From contig CAXGUD010000010.1 in NCBI GenBank assembly GCA_964012805.1, positions 32,001 to 96,000 on the forward strand: a DNA stretch of 64,000 nt, given 5' to 3'. A program made the translations under genes and the position numbers. The notes under the pieces were generated by a model. That model made no database searches. It had not been told where the DNA came from and saw only the letters and a program-made list of their open reading frames with translations. The DNA is from an uncultured Bacteriovoracaceae bacterium (GTDB taxonomy: Bacteria > Bdellovibrionota > Bacteriovoracia > Bacteriovoracales > Bacteriovoracaceae). Of the stretch, positions 30,716 through 39,268 are shown one piece after another; positions within the stretch are counted from its first letter, which is position 1; the number at the start of each line of letters is the position of its first letter.

Positions 30716-32089
30716 ATGAAAGGCGCCAAATTAAACATTCTTGATGCGATAGGCAACACTCCTATTGTAAAACTCAATAAAGTCGCAACTGGAGTTCAAT
30801 CTGAAATCTATGTAAAGTTAGATTTTCTCAACCCTGGCGGATCCATTAAAGATAGAATTGGTGCATACATTCTTGAAAAGGCAGTCAAAAATGGAGACCT
30901 AAAACCAGGTGGGACTGTCATTGAGGGAACCTCTGGTAATACTGGCGTTGGACTAGCTATGTATGCAGCAGTTCATGGCTACAAATGTGTTTTTGTTCTG
31001 GCAGATAAACAATCAAAAGAAAAGATTGATAATTTAAGGGCCTTCGGAGCAAAGGTTATAGTTTGCCCAACCAACGTGGAACCCGAAGACCCTAGATCAT
31101 ACTATAGCGTTTCAAAAAGGTTATCAGAAACAATTCCAAACTCTTATTACGTCAACCAGTACGAAAACCTATGGAACCGAGAAACACATTTTAAGACAAC
31201 AGGCCCAGAAATTTACAACCAGACAGAAGGAGACTTTGATGTCTTCATGGCCGGCGTTGGTACAGGGGGTACAATTTCTGGAATTGGTGCTTATTTAAAA
31301 ACAGTCATGCCAGAGGTAAAAATCATCGGTGTCGATTGTGAAGGTTCAATCGTTGCTCACTACGCTAAAACGGGTGAGATGTGCGAAGCTAAACCATACG
31401 TCTTAGAAGGCCTTGGAGAAGATTTCATACCAGGCAATTACAATTTTGATGTCATTGATGATTGGGAAGTCATTGGTGATAAGGAGAGCTTTTTAATGAC
31501 GAGAGACCTCTTAACACATGAGGGTATCTACGCTGGAGGAAGCTCTGGAGGAGCCGTAAGAGCTGCTATAAAGTATGCTGAAAAACTCGCAGAACCAAAA
31601 AAAATTCTAGTGCTTCTTCCCGATTCTGGTAACAGATATGCATCCAAAATTTTTAATGACGATTGGATGAGTGACAATGGCTATAAAGACTCTTCTTTTA
31701 ATGTAACAATTCAAGAAGTCCTAACAACTTTGAAAAAAGAGACGACACCTCTAATATCAATCAATGATACCTCGACTATTGGTGAAGCCATTAAGGTTAT
31801 GGATGAAAATGGTATTTCTCAACTCCCAGTATATGGCTCTGGCCATCTCGAAGGTATCGTTTCCGAAAGAAACTTATTGAAGCCTGTCTTTGATGGGGAG
31901 TTCAAGCTCAGCGACTCAATATCCTTAGCTTTTAAGTCTGACTTTAAAATCATAGACATAGGAGAACTTCTCTCCAACGTTGCTGATTCCTTACTCCAAG
32001 AGGAAACCGTTCTTGTAACAAAAAATGACAAAGTTGTAACAGTCCTTACTAATATTGACATCCTAAGGTTTATTTCAGGTAAAAATTAA
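30716..32089 (+). CDS. cbs: Cystathionine beta-synthase (PLP domain plus CBS pair)
   Basis: NPGGSIKDRI, TSGNTG, GTGGT, DSGNRY..KIFNDDWM, C-terminal CBS domains. ATG 30716 has a GGAG RBS. Confidence 0.88.
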   Translation: MKGAKLNILDAIGNTPIVKLNKVATGVQSEIYVKLDFLNPGGSIKDRIGAYILEKAVKNGDLKPGGTVIEGTSGNTGVGLAMYAAVHGYKCVFVLADKQSKEKIDNLRAFGAKVIVCPTNVEPEDPRSYYSVSKRLSETIPNSYYVNQYENLWNRETHFKTTGPEIYNQTEGDFDVFMAGVGTGGTISGIGAYLKTVMPEVKIIGVDCEGSIVAHYAKTGEMCEAKPYVLEGLGEDFIPGNYNFDVIDDWEVIGDKESFLMTRDLLTHEGIYAGGSSGGAVRAAIKYAEKLAEPKKILVLLPDSGNRYASKIFNDDWMSDNGYKDSSFNVTIQEVLTTLKKETTPLISINDTSTIGEAIKVMDENGISQLPVYGSGHLEGIVSERNLLKPVFDGEFKLSDSISLAFKSDFKIIDIGELLSNVADSLLQEETVLVTKNDKVVTVLTNIDILRFISGKN

Positions 32090-32106
32090 TTCTAAAGAAG
32101 GCATCT

Positions 32107-33267
32107 ATGAAAAAGAAAAACTTAAGCAATTTGGAAATAGCAACAAAGTTAATTCATGTTGGAAATGAACCAGATAAGGAAACTGGAGCAGTTATTCCTC
32201 CTATTTTCCAAACTTCCACTTATGTACAAAGTTCTCCTGGAAAACATAATGGGTACGAATATACAAGATCCCATAATCCTACAAGAACAAGGCTGGAAGA
32301 GTGCTTAGCTGCATCCGAGAAAGCAAAGTATGCCATCACTACTTCATCAGGGATGGCCGCTATAACACTCATGATGCATGCACTGCCAAAAGGCTCTAAT
32401 ATCATCTGTGGTGATGATGTCTATGGAGGAACTTTTCGTCTTTTCACAACTGTTTTTCAAAATGACCATAATTTCATATTTCTTGACACCACAAACATTG
32501 AAGAAATAAAAAAGACTTTATTAGAAAAAAAGATTTCTTTGATTTGGCTTGAAACTCCAACAAACCCTTTACTAAAAATTTCAGATATAAAGAAAATAAC
32601 TTCCCTTGCTAAGGCCCATAAAACAAAAGTCATTGTTGATAATACTTTTATGAGTCCCTACTTTCAAAACCCATTGGATCTTGGCGCTGATATAGTTATG
32701 CATTCAATGACAAAATATTTAAATGGACACAGCGATGTTGTTGGTGGTGTCCTCATGCTAAACAATAAGGCTCTTTATAATAAAATTTGGACCCTTCAAA
32801 ACTCAATAGGCCCTTCAGCATCACCTTTTGACTCATGGTTAGTATTAAGAGGGTTAAAAACTCTTGCAGTAAGAATGGAAGCCCACCAAAAAAATGCAAT
32901 GAAAATAGCCAAGTGGCTGGAAGGACATAAAAAGATTGAGAAGGTTATTTATCCAGGATTAAAATCTCACCCACAGCACAAAATTGCGAAAAAACAAATG
33001 AGTGGTTATGGAGGGATGATTACATTTTTCACAAAAGGTGGCTTAAAAGAAGCAAGAAAAGTTCTAGAAAAAGTAACCCTTTTCGCCCTTGCAGAAAGTC
33101 TTGGGGGAGTTGAGAGTTTAATAGAACACCCTGCCATTATGACCCATGCATCTATTCCAAAAGAAATTAGAGAAAAATCTGGGATACATGACAATCTTAT
33201 TAGAATTTCAGCAGGTATTGAAGATGTAGATGACCTCATCAATGATCTGGAAAATGCTTTAAAATAG
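32107..33267 (+). CDS. Cystathionine gamma-lyase/synthase
   Basis: PPIFQTSTY, YTRSHNPT, ETPTNP, HSMTKYLNGHSD, AESLGGVESL. Confidence 0.92.
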   Translation: MKKKNLSNLEIATKLIHVGNEPDKETGAVIPPIFQTSTYVQSSPGKHNGYEYTRSHNPTRTRLEECLAASEKAKYAITTSSGMAAITLMMHALPKGSNIICGDDVYGGTFRLFTTVFQNDHNFIFLDTTNIEEIKKTLLEKKISLIWLETPTNPLLKISDIKKITSLAKAHKTKVIVDNTFMSPYFQNPLDLGADIVMHSMTKYLNGHSDVVGGVLMLNNKALYNKIWTLQNSIGPSASPFDSWLVLRGLKTLAVRMEAHQKNAMKIAKWLEGHKKIEKVIYPGLKSHPQHKIAKKQMSGYGGMITFFTKGGLKEARKVLEKVTLFALAESLGGVESLIEHPAIMTHASIPKEIREKSGIHDNLIRISAGIEDVDDLINDLENALK

Positions 33268-33277
33268 AGTCAGTTAG

Positions 33278-34054
33278 TTAAAAAACTCCAGGGTCTTCTG
33301 TTTCCTTAGCCTCATTTTGATTGTCAGAAGTGCCATCAAGAGGCTTTTCTTCAATAACTTCTTTGATAACTTTTAATTTTGAAGACCCCATGCCCTTTGA
33401 GGTCTTTTTATCTGCCTTCTCTTCTGGTTTTTCTTCTAGCCCTTTATCAGGCCCATCATTAATTTTCTCTTTTTCTTTTTCTTTTTCTTTTTCTTTTAGA
33501 GCCAAATAAGTCTTTATTTTTGTAAGGTTTCCGAAATAACGAGATGTCTTTTTTTCATCTGTAAAACTGAAAATTTTCTCTTCATCAAAATAAAAATTAA
33601 CTAAAAGAAAAGTGCAGTAAACTTTACCATGATAGGACAGGAGATTTTCTTTTTCTCCTTGAGCGAAAATGAGTCCATAATCAGAAATTGCATTTTTTAA
33701 ATCTTTCAAAGAATTACAAAAACTATCCTTATTCTCAGTAGAAAAATCACAATTCTTTCTCAACTTTTTGTGTACTTTGACTGCTCCAGTACCTTCTTTT
33801 ATGTGTATCGGGTATCTGCAAACATCAAATTCCCATTTCGAGCGAACTAACCTTAATTTTTCTTTTTCTACAATAATGACACAATTTTTCTTTTTTATTT
33901 TGAGTTTATTTAAAAGAAAGCCCAAAGGGGGCCCTTTGTGAGATACCTGAATATTGAATTGACTTTTTAAGCAATCTCTTCCTTCGAATAACCCAAATGA
34001 AATTGATTGGTTAAAAAGAAAGTAAACAAATAAGCTAAACTTGCATAATCGCAT
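33278..34054 (-). CDS. Exported hypothetical protein with Cys-containing domain and charged tail
   Basis: Likely start ATG 34054 (MRLCKF...) gives a signal peptide; the start overlaps the end of the upstream gene. Confidence 0.7.
   Translation of the reverse strand: MRLCKFSLFVYFLFNQSISFGLFEGRDCLKSQFNIQVSHKGPPLGFLLNKLKIKKKNCVIIVEKEKLRLVRSKWEFDVCRYPIHIKEGTGAVKVHKKLRKNCDFSTENKDSFCNSLKDLKNAISDYGLIFAQGEKENLLSYHGKVYCTFLLVNFYFDEEKIFSFTDEKKTSRYFGNLTKIKTYLALKEKEKEKEKEKINDGPDKGLEEKPEEKADKKTSKGMGSSKLKVIKEVIEEKPLDGTSDNQNEAKETEDPGVF
33463..33497. repeat. In-frame 6-bp tandem repeat (TTTTTC)n encoding KEKEKEKEK
   Basis: Visible directly in the sequence. Confidence 0.8.
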
Positions 34055-35192
34055 TAGGATCAACCTCCAAACATAGAATTGAAGAATCACATTTTAAAAA
34101 GTCACTACTCAAGTTATTTTTCTTAACTTGAAAAAAAAGTTCACTTAATATCTCATTATTATCTTTTCCTTCAAGATTCTCTATATACGATAAGAGTTTA
34201 TTTTTTTCAAAAACATCTTCAGAACACTTAAGATATCCAGGTGAGATAATAAGTATTTTTTCTCCCCTTTTTAATTGTAAAGAAATTTCACTATTTTTTA
34301 AATTATCACAAGAAGGCCTATTATTATTCCCTACAATATGACCATTAATATTAGATTTTAAAACGACTTGACCAAAATTAATTCCCCAAAGCTTATATGT
34401 TACAAGATCTACAACCAAAACGGTTATTTCGGCTCTTAAATCTGGCGTTACTAATAAGCCATTCAGTTCATTTTCAATAGACCCAAAAAGCTTTGTTAAA
34501 CTATCTCGGTTTACAACACCTAATTTTTTTACACTTTCATAAAAGCCCAAAAAGAATGTTGAAAGAGAATAAGAATTAACAGAGCTTAAGAAAATTGTTA
34601 ATTGATTTTCCCCCTTATTTAAATCGAAAAATTCACCACCACTATCAAGACCTGCTATATACTTACTTGAAATAGTAATGCCTTTAATTTTTTCTTTTCT
34701 TATAGGAATAATTTTTTTTGAGATTTTTTGAACGCTTTTTAGACTGTCATTTAAGCCTTTTTCAAGTGATAAAAACCTTTCTCCTAAATTTGCTGATTGA
34801 GTTTCAATTAACTCAATAACTCTCCTTAAAAGAGGTACAAACAATTCCATTTTAGAAGAAAAATCTATAGTGCCTATATTAAGGGCCGAAGACTTACTGG
34901 ATTCCAACAAGGTAGGCATGCCTTGTAGATCAGGATCTTGCCCACTATACATTACAACAAAAGGTTTTCTCCATTTCAAGTTGAGGGTATTAAAGTAGTC
35001 AAAGCTTTCAATACATATAAAACAAAATGAAACCTCATCTAACGCATCTTGTTTTTGCCTAAATTCGTCTATGTGTAAAAAATCACAAAAATCTTCAAAA
35101 AAACTTCCTTCAATATACTCATCTATTTGCTCTAAAAACTTCTTAAATTTTAATAAGTATCGATCTGATTCAATAATTAAGACTTTTTTCAT
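34035..35192 (-). CDS. SpoIIE/PP2C-like domain protein with degenerate catalytic motifs and REC-like N-terminus
   Basis: SKYIAG..SGGEFFD, INFG, LQLKRGEKILIISPG, CDSSIL follow the SpoIIE scaffold. Confidence 0.7.
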   Translation of the reverse strand: MKKVLIIESDRYLLKFKKFLEQIDEYIEGSFFEDFCDFLHIDEFRQKQDALDEVSFCFICIESFDYFNTLNLKWRKPFVVMYSGQDPDLQGMPTLLESSKSSALNIGTIDFSSKMELFVPLLRRVIELIETQSANLGERFLSLEKGLNDSLKSVQKISKKIIPIRKEKIKGITISSKYIAGLDSGGEFFDLNKGENQLTIFLSSVNSYSLSTFFLGFYESVKKLGVVNRDSLTKLFGSIENELNGLLVTPDLRAEITVLVVDLVTYKLWGINFGQVVLKSNINGHIVGNNNRPSCDNLKNSEISLQLKRGEKILIISPGYLKCSEDVFEKNKLLSYIENLEGKDNNEILSELFFQVKKNNLSSDFLKCDSSILCLEVDPNAIMQV

Positions 35193-35350
35193 AAAAGCAC
35201 CATTACCAAAGTAAATTAATCAAAATAAATTATATGTAAAACACCTAATTAAAATATAATTGAATATAAACGAACAGACTACATTTCAATAAAATAGATT
35301 TCTTCATTATTTTTTTTACGAGACCAATGATTTTTATCAATATTTCAACT

Positions 35351-35378
35351 TAAACTTTTATCTCAGATAAACCGATAA
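35351..35378 (+). promoter_or_regulatory. Candidate sigma28 (FliA) promoter of the HD-GYP gene
   Basis: TAAACTTT-N12-ACCGATAA versus the extended consensus TAAAGTTT-N11-GCCGATAA, 36 bp upstream of the ATG. Confidence 0.6.
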
Positions 35379-35414
35379 ATGTAATAAGGATAAAAAAATT
35401 AAGGCTAAAAAAAA

Positions 35415-36155
35415 ATGGCAAAAAATGAAAAAGATGGAAATGATAAAGTAGTATCAATTCCTGAGCTTCTTACAAACGTAACTTTACTAAATTTAGTAGG
35501 AAAAGTTGACGAACTTGAAAAAAAGGAAAAAGAAATTTTTGAAATGGCAGCAAGGTCTATTCTTATAGCTTTGGATATGAAAGATTCCTACACATTTGGA
35601 CATAGTACAAGAGTGGCTTTTTATTCAAAGGAACTTGGAAGAGAAATAGGGTTAACCAATGATGAGCTTTACAAACTTGAATTAGCAGCCCTTTTCCATG
35701 ATATTGGAAAAATAGGTATCCCAGATAAAATTTTGTTAAAACCTACTAGATTAGATGAAAATGAATTCTCTGTAATGAAATCACATCCACAAAGATCTGA
35801 AGAAATATTGAGAAGCTTTAAACCTTTTGATGATATTGCAAAATATGCTAGACACCATCATGAAAGGTATGATGGTAAAGGCTATCCAGATGGACTAAAA
35901 GGTGAAGATATTCCTTATTTTTCAAGAATTATACTCATAGCAGATACTTTTGATGCTATGACATCAGATAGACCATATCGAAAGGGCCTCTCTTATAAAA
36001 TTGCGTTTTCAGAATTGGAAGAATTCTCAGGCAGTCAATTTGACCCCAAGCTTTCAGAAGCCTACATAAAGGCCATGAAAAAAGATCAAGAAAAAAATGA
36101 AAACCTTTTTAAACTGACACTCTTTAAAAATGGATTCCAAAAGAAAGCAGCTTAA
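35415..36155 (+). CDS. HD-GYP cyclic-dinucleotide phosphodiesterase
   Basis: YTFGHSTRV, HDIGK, HHERYDGKGYPDGL, DAMTSDRPYR all intact. Confidence 0.93.
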   Translation: MAKNEKDGNDKVVSIPELLTNVTLLNLVGKVDELEKKEKEIFEMAARSILIALDMKDSYTFGHSTRVAFYSKELGREIGLTNDELYKLELAALFHDIGKIGIPDKILLKPTRLDENEFSVMKSHPQRSEEILRSFKPFDDIAKYARHHHERYDGKGYPDGLKGEDIPYFSRIILIADTFDAMTSDRPYRKGLSYKIAFSELEEFSGSQFDPKLSEAYIKAMKKDQEKNENLFKLTLFKNGFQKKAA

Positions 36156-36157
36156 TT

Positions 36158-37213
36158 CTAATTTTTGCAAAAATCAGTTTTAACTAATGTATGAATATTA
36201 TTTAGCTGAATAATACTACAGTCTTTGATGTTTAGATAAACATTAATTGTTTTACACTCTGTCTTTTTATTCTTATTTTTTTGCCATTTCTCATTTGCTC
36301 GACACTTTAAATAGCTTTCTTTATCAACACAAGCCCAATGTTTCCCTTTACAATTGTAAACTAAACCTCTTCCCCTAAAAGAGTAATTAGGCGGCTCTGT
36401 ATATGAGTCCTTTTTCTTTTTAATTTTTTTTATCAAAGATTCCTTTAAGATACTTGGTTTAGATACAACCATCGAAGCGGGGTTTCTTTCTTCTGGAACC
36501 ACATTAGTTTTTTCCCTTTTATCTAAAGAAGTTATTTTTTCTTCTTCAATAATCTCTTGTTCTACTTTTTTTTGTTTTTTAATAATTGACTTCGGTTTTT
36601 CATTTGTCAAAAAGTCATCCCCTAAGCCAAAATCACTCCCATCTAATTCTGGACTATCCTCTTCTAAAAGGGCCATAGGGTCGTTTTTTTTAGATAAATC
36701 TTTTTTTGATTCGGGGCTCTTTACTTTTTTAACTATTGTCTTGGCTTTCCTTTTCTTCTTTTTCTTTACAAGTTTCTCACTTTTCTTAGTAACGCCCTTT
36801 TTTTCCTTTTTTGAATCTTCTTCCCATGTTAGAAAAACATAAGCAATAACAACAAACGCAAATATTTGAATTATTTTTGATTTTTTATCTTTGGTTTTCT
36901 TTTCTTCTTCACTTAATTCATTTTTACTTTCGTCTTCATCTTCATATTCATCCTCTTCTTCATCCTCTTCCTCATCCTCATCCTCATCTTCATCCTCGCC
37001 TTCATCCTCAACTTCATTTTCAACTTTTTTGTTATTTTTATTATTTTTTTTAGCTCTATCATCTAAATTTTCATTTTCCTCTTCTTCATATTCATCTTCT
37101 TCATATTCATCTTCTTCATATTCATCTTCTTCATATTGTTCATCATATTCCTCTTCGTCATATTCTGACTTTGAGAATTTATTCTTAATTTTTTTTATTA
37201 GAGAATCTATCAT
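36158..37213 (-). CDS. Bitopic membrane protein with acidic Tyr-containing N-terminus and Cys-rich C-terminal domain
   Basis: EEDEY repeats, one TM helix (IIQIFAFVVIAYVFLTW), RNPAS, and a C-terminal domain with six Cys. Confidence 0.75.
   Translation of the reverse strand: MIDSLIKKIKNKFSKSEYDEEEYDEQYEEDEYEEDEYEEDEYEEEENENLDDRAKKNNKNNKKVENEVEDEGEDEDEDEDEEEDEEEDEYEDEDESKNELSEEEKKTKDKKSKIIQIFAFVVIAYVFLTWEEDSKKEKKGVTKKSEKLVKKKKKRKAKTIVKKVKSPESKKDLSKKNDPMALLEEDSPELDGSDFGLGDDFLTNEKPKSIIKKQKKVEQEIIEEEKITSLDKREKTNVVPEERNPASMVVSKPSILKESLIKKIKKKKDSYTEPPNYSFRGRGLVYNCKGKHWACVDKESYLKCRANEKWQKNKNKKTECKTINVYLNIKDCSIIQLNNIHTLVKTDFCKN
37081..37137. repeat. 15-bp tandem repeat CTTCTTCATATTCAT, three full copies plus a partial (encodes EEDEY on the minus strand)
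   Basis: Visible directly in the sequence. Confidence 0.9.
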
Positions 37214-37253
37214 TAAAAACTCAACATAAATTAGTTAAGATTACAAGCGAACT

Positions 37254-38432
37254 CTATAAATAGCGTTTCGGCATCTGTACGCTATATTTTAGTACTTTAC
37301 TCTGAATATAGTTAAGTTTTTCTTTTAAGGAGTTTATATTTTTTGAGGCAATAAAAAATGATGGAAATAGGCTTTCTGGAGGCGAAACAGGGATAATACC
37401 TTCTTTTATAGTCGAATTATAAATCATACTATTAATTAAATTTATTTTATCTTCAAAACTAGAAGTAGGTTTAATTTCTTTTTGAGAAAAGAAGTACCAT
37501 CCACCTACCCCACCATCAGGCAAGAATTTTTTCATAGATCTAAGGAAGAGGCCCATAGTTTTTCTATAATTAACTTCAACTAATGGATAATATTTAATTT
37601 TTCCTTGTTCCTCGAAAAAAAATGAATCGACCTGAATATATTCTCTCGCACCAAGACTAGAGTAGTACCTTGCTATTTTTTCGATATTTTCCTCTATCAA
37701 ATTCATGCTCATAAAGTCATTATCTAATTTTTTTTCAAAATCTCTTTTGTTCTCAAAAATAAGGCCTCCCTTGAATGATCCTCTTTCATTTATAAAGTTT
37801 TTTGTTATGGAGTAATTTAAAGGGGAGCTTAAATTAATAAGTATACCTATATCCATAATTCTTTTTAAATAAGGCTCTAAAACAATTGGGGAGTCTAATA
37901 GTATTTTTTCAAGATTATTGATTTTCTTAGCATTAAAAAATTCTTTACGGTTCAAACGTAAGACTCCATTACCTGCTGTTGAATAAGCTGCCCTTACGAT
38001 CCATTCAGAGGTATCTTCAGAAGGATAAAAGTTTCTTAACTCATCTATATTTTCTATTAATAAAGTCTTCGGATGACACATTTTTTCTTCTAAGGCAAAA
38101 AGGGTCGAAGTTTTTTTTGAATTTAATAGTTTTTCAAGAGGTATATTTTTTAGCTTACCCCACCAATTTAATGAGCCAGAAGAAGCCTCTTTAGTCATTT
38201 TTGGTATAGTTAAACCAAGTTTTTTCAAATATTCTAAGTAATGTGGGCAATAGTATTTATTTGTTTTTAAACAAGACTCACTATTTTCTAAAAAGAAATA
38301 TATATATTCGAGCTCTTGTCTAATCTTTTCAATTTTCTTCTTTAATTCATCATTTTTATCAAATAGGCCATATAACTCATATTCATAATCTATATTAAAA
38401 ATATTCGAATTCTTACGTTCTTCCATAATCAA
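37254..38432 (-). CDS. ATP-grasp-like hypothetical protein
   Basis: LLNSK, WIVRAAYSTAGNG loop, VLEPYL, GSFKG, QVDSF and LVEVNYR (ExNxR) occur in ATP-grasp order. Confidence 0.6.
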   Translation of the reverse strand: MIMEERKNSNIFNIDYEYELYGLFDKNDELKKKIEKIRQELEYIYFFLENSESCLKTNKYYCPHYLEYLKKLGLTIPKMTKEASSGSLNWWGKLKNIPLEKLLNSKKTSTLFALEEKMCHPKTLLIENIDELRNFYPSEDTSEWIVRAAYSTAGNGVLRLNRKEFFNAKKINNLEKILLDSPIVLEPYLKRIMDIGILINLSSPLNYSITKNFINERGSFKGGLIFENKRDFEKKLDNDFMSMNLIEENIEKIARYYSSLGAREYIQVDSFFFEEQGKIKYYPLVEVNYRKTMGLFLRSMKKFLPDGGVGGWYFFSQKEIKPTSSFEDKINLINSMIYNSTIKEGIIPVSPPESLFPSFFIASKNINSLKEKLNYIQSKVLKYSVQMPKRYL

Positions 38433-39268
38433 ATATGATCTTTATTCCAACTCTTTCTATTAGTAACTAAAAAATCACTCCTAAAATTTTTCAATCTTAA
38501 AATAAAGTCTTCATCAATACCAGCCTTTCTTCTAGCATCATCGTTAAAAATTATTCCTTTTGCTCTCGCTGGAGTTAGTCGATCTGGTAATAAAGAGTTA
38601 TAATAATCCCACGTATCCTGGTCACCACTCCATCGTTTTAACCAACTATAACCCAAACCGACATGTTTTATTTCATCATTCAAAACAATTTCTAAAATTT
38701 TTGACGTTTTAGAATCACCATATTCCTCAAAAATATTTTTATAAAACAAAGCAAAATCAAGATTTGCTGACTCTATTGTCATAGACATGAAGGATAAAAA
38801 CTGGGCCGGATCTTTCAAAACCTTCATTTGCCTCCAAAAAAAATCACTAAGGGGAAAATCACCAAATTCAACCCCAGAAAGCTCTTTCATTCGGTCTATA
38901 TAAAGCTTTAGATGTTTCTGCTCATCTTTTAAGCTGGATAAAACTCCCTTTTTCAATTTCAGTGTATTATCATCATCAGGATAAATTAGAATAAATGCAG
39001 CCATCATCTCAATTGCTAACAATTCATGATTTGCAAAAAAGTGCAAAGCCATAGACCTTTTTTCTGCTTCTATGAAAGAATTTATCTTTGGAAAGCGCAT
39101 TTGCTTCGAAGAAAAGCTTATCCTTCCTGCCCTTCCAGGTTTAAGAGGGCAAGTGTATTCTTTTTTATTTTGACCTTCAAAAATATTTTCTAACTTAGGA
39201 ATTACAAGAAGTTTACTATTTAGACTTTCCCCTTCTAAAATTTCCCGAGCATAATCTTTTAAATTCAT
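38429..39268 (-). CDS. DUF455 ferritin-like di-iron protein
   Basis: LHFFANHELLAIE, DEQKH, IESANLD, DEIKHV: two ExxH motifs plus two Glu. Confidence 0.85.
   Translation of the reverse strand: MNLKDYAREILEGESLNSKLLVIPKLENIFEGQNKKEYTCPLKPGRAGRISFSSKQMRFPKINSFIEAEKRSMALHFFANHELLAIEMMAAFILIYPDDDNTLKLKKGVLSSLKDEQKHLKLYIDRMKELSGVEFGDFPLSDFFWRQMKVLKDPAQFLSFMSMTIESANLDFALFYKNIFEEYGDSKTSKILEIVLNDEIKHVGLGYSWLKRWSGDQDTWDYYNSLLPDRLTPARAKGIIFNDDARRKAGIDEDFILRLKNFRSDFLVTNRKSWNKDHI

Noticed and set aside
37081..37137. Tandem repeat considered as a CRISPR array
   Set aside because: 15-bp units with no spacers, in frame within a CDS, and no cas genes.
36891..37229. 112-aa poly-Ser ORF on the + strand
   Set aside because: Antisense shadow of the Glu/Asp-rich tract of the minus-strand gene.
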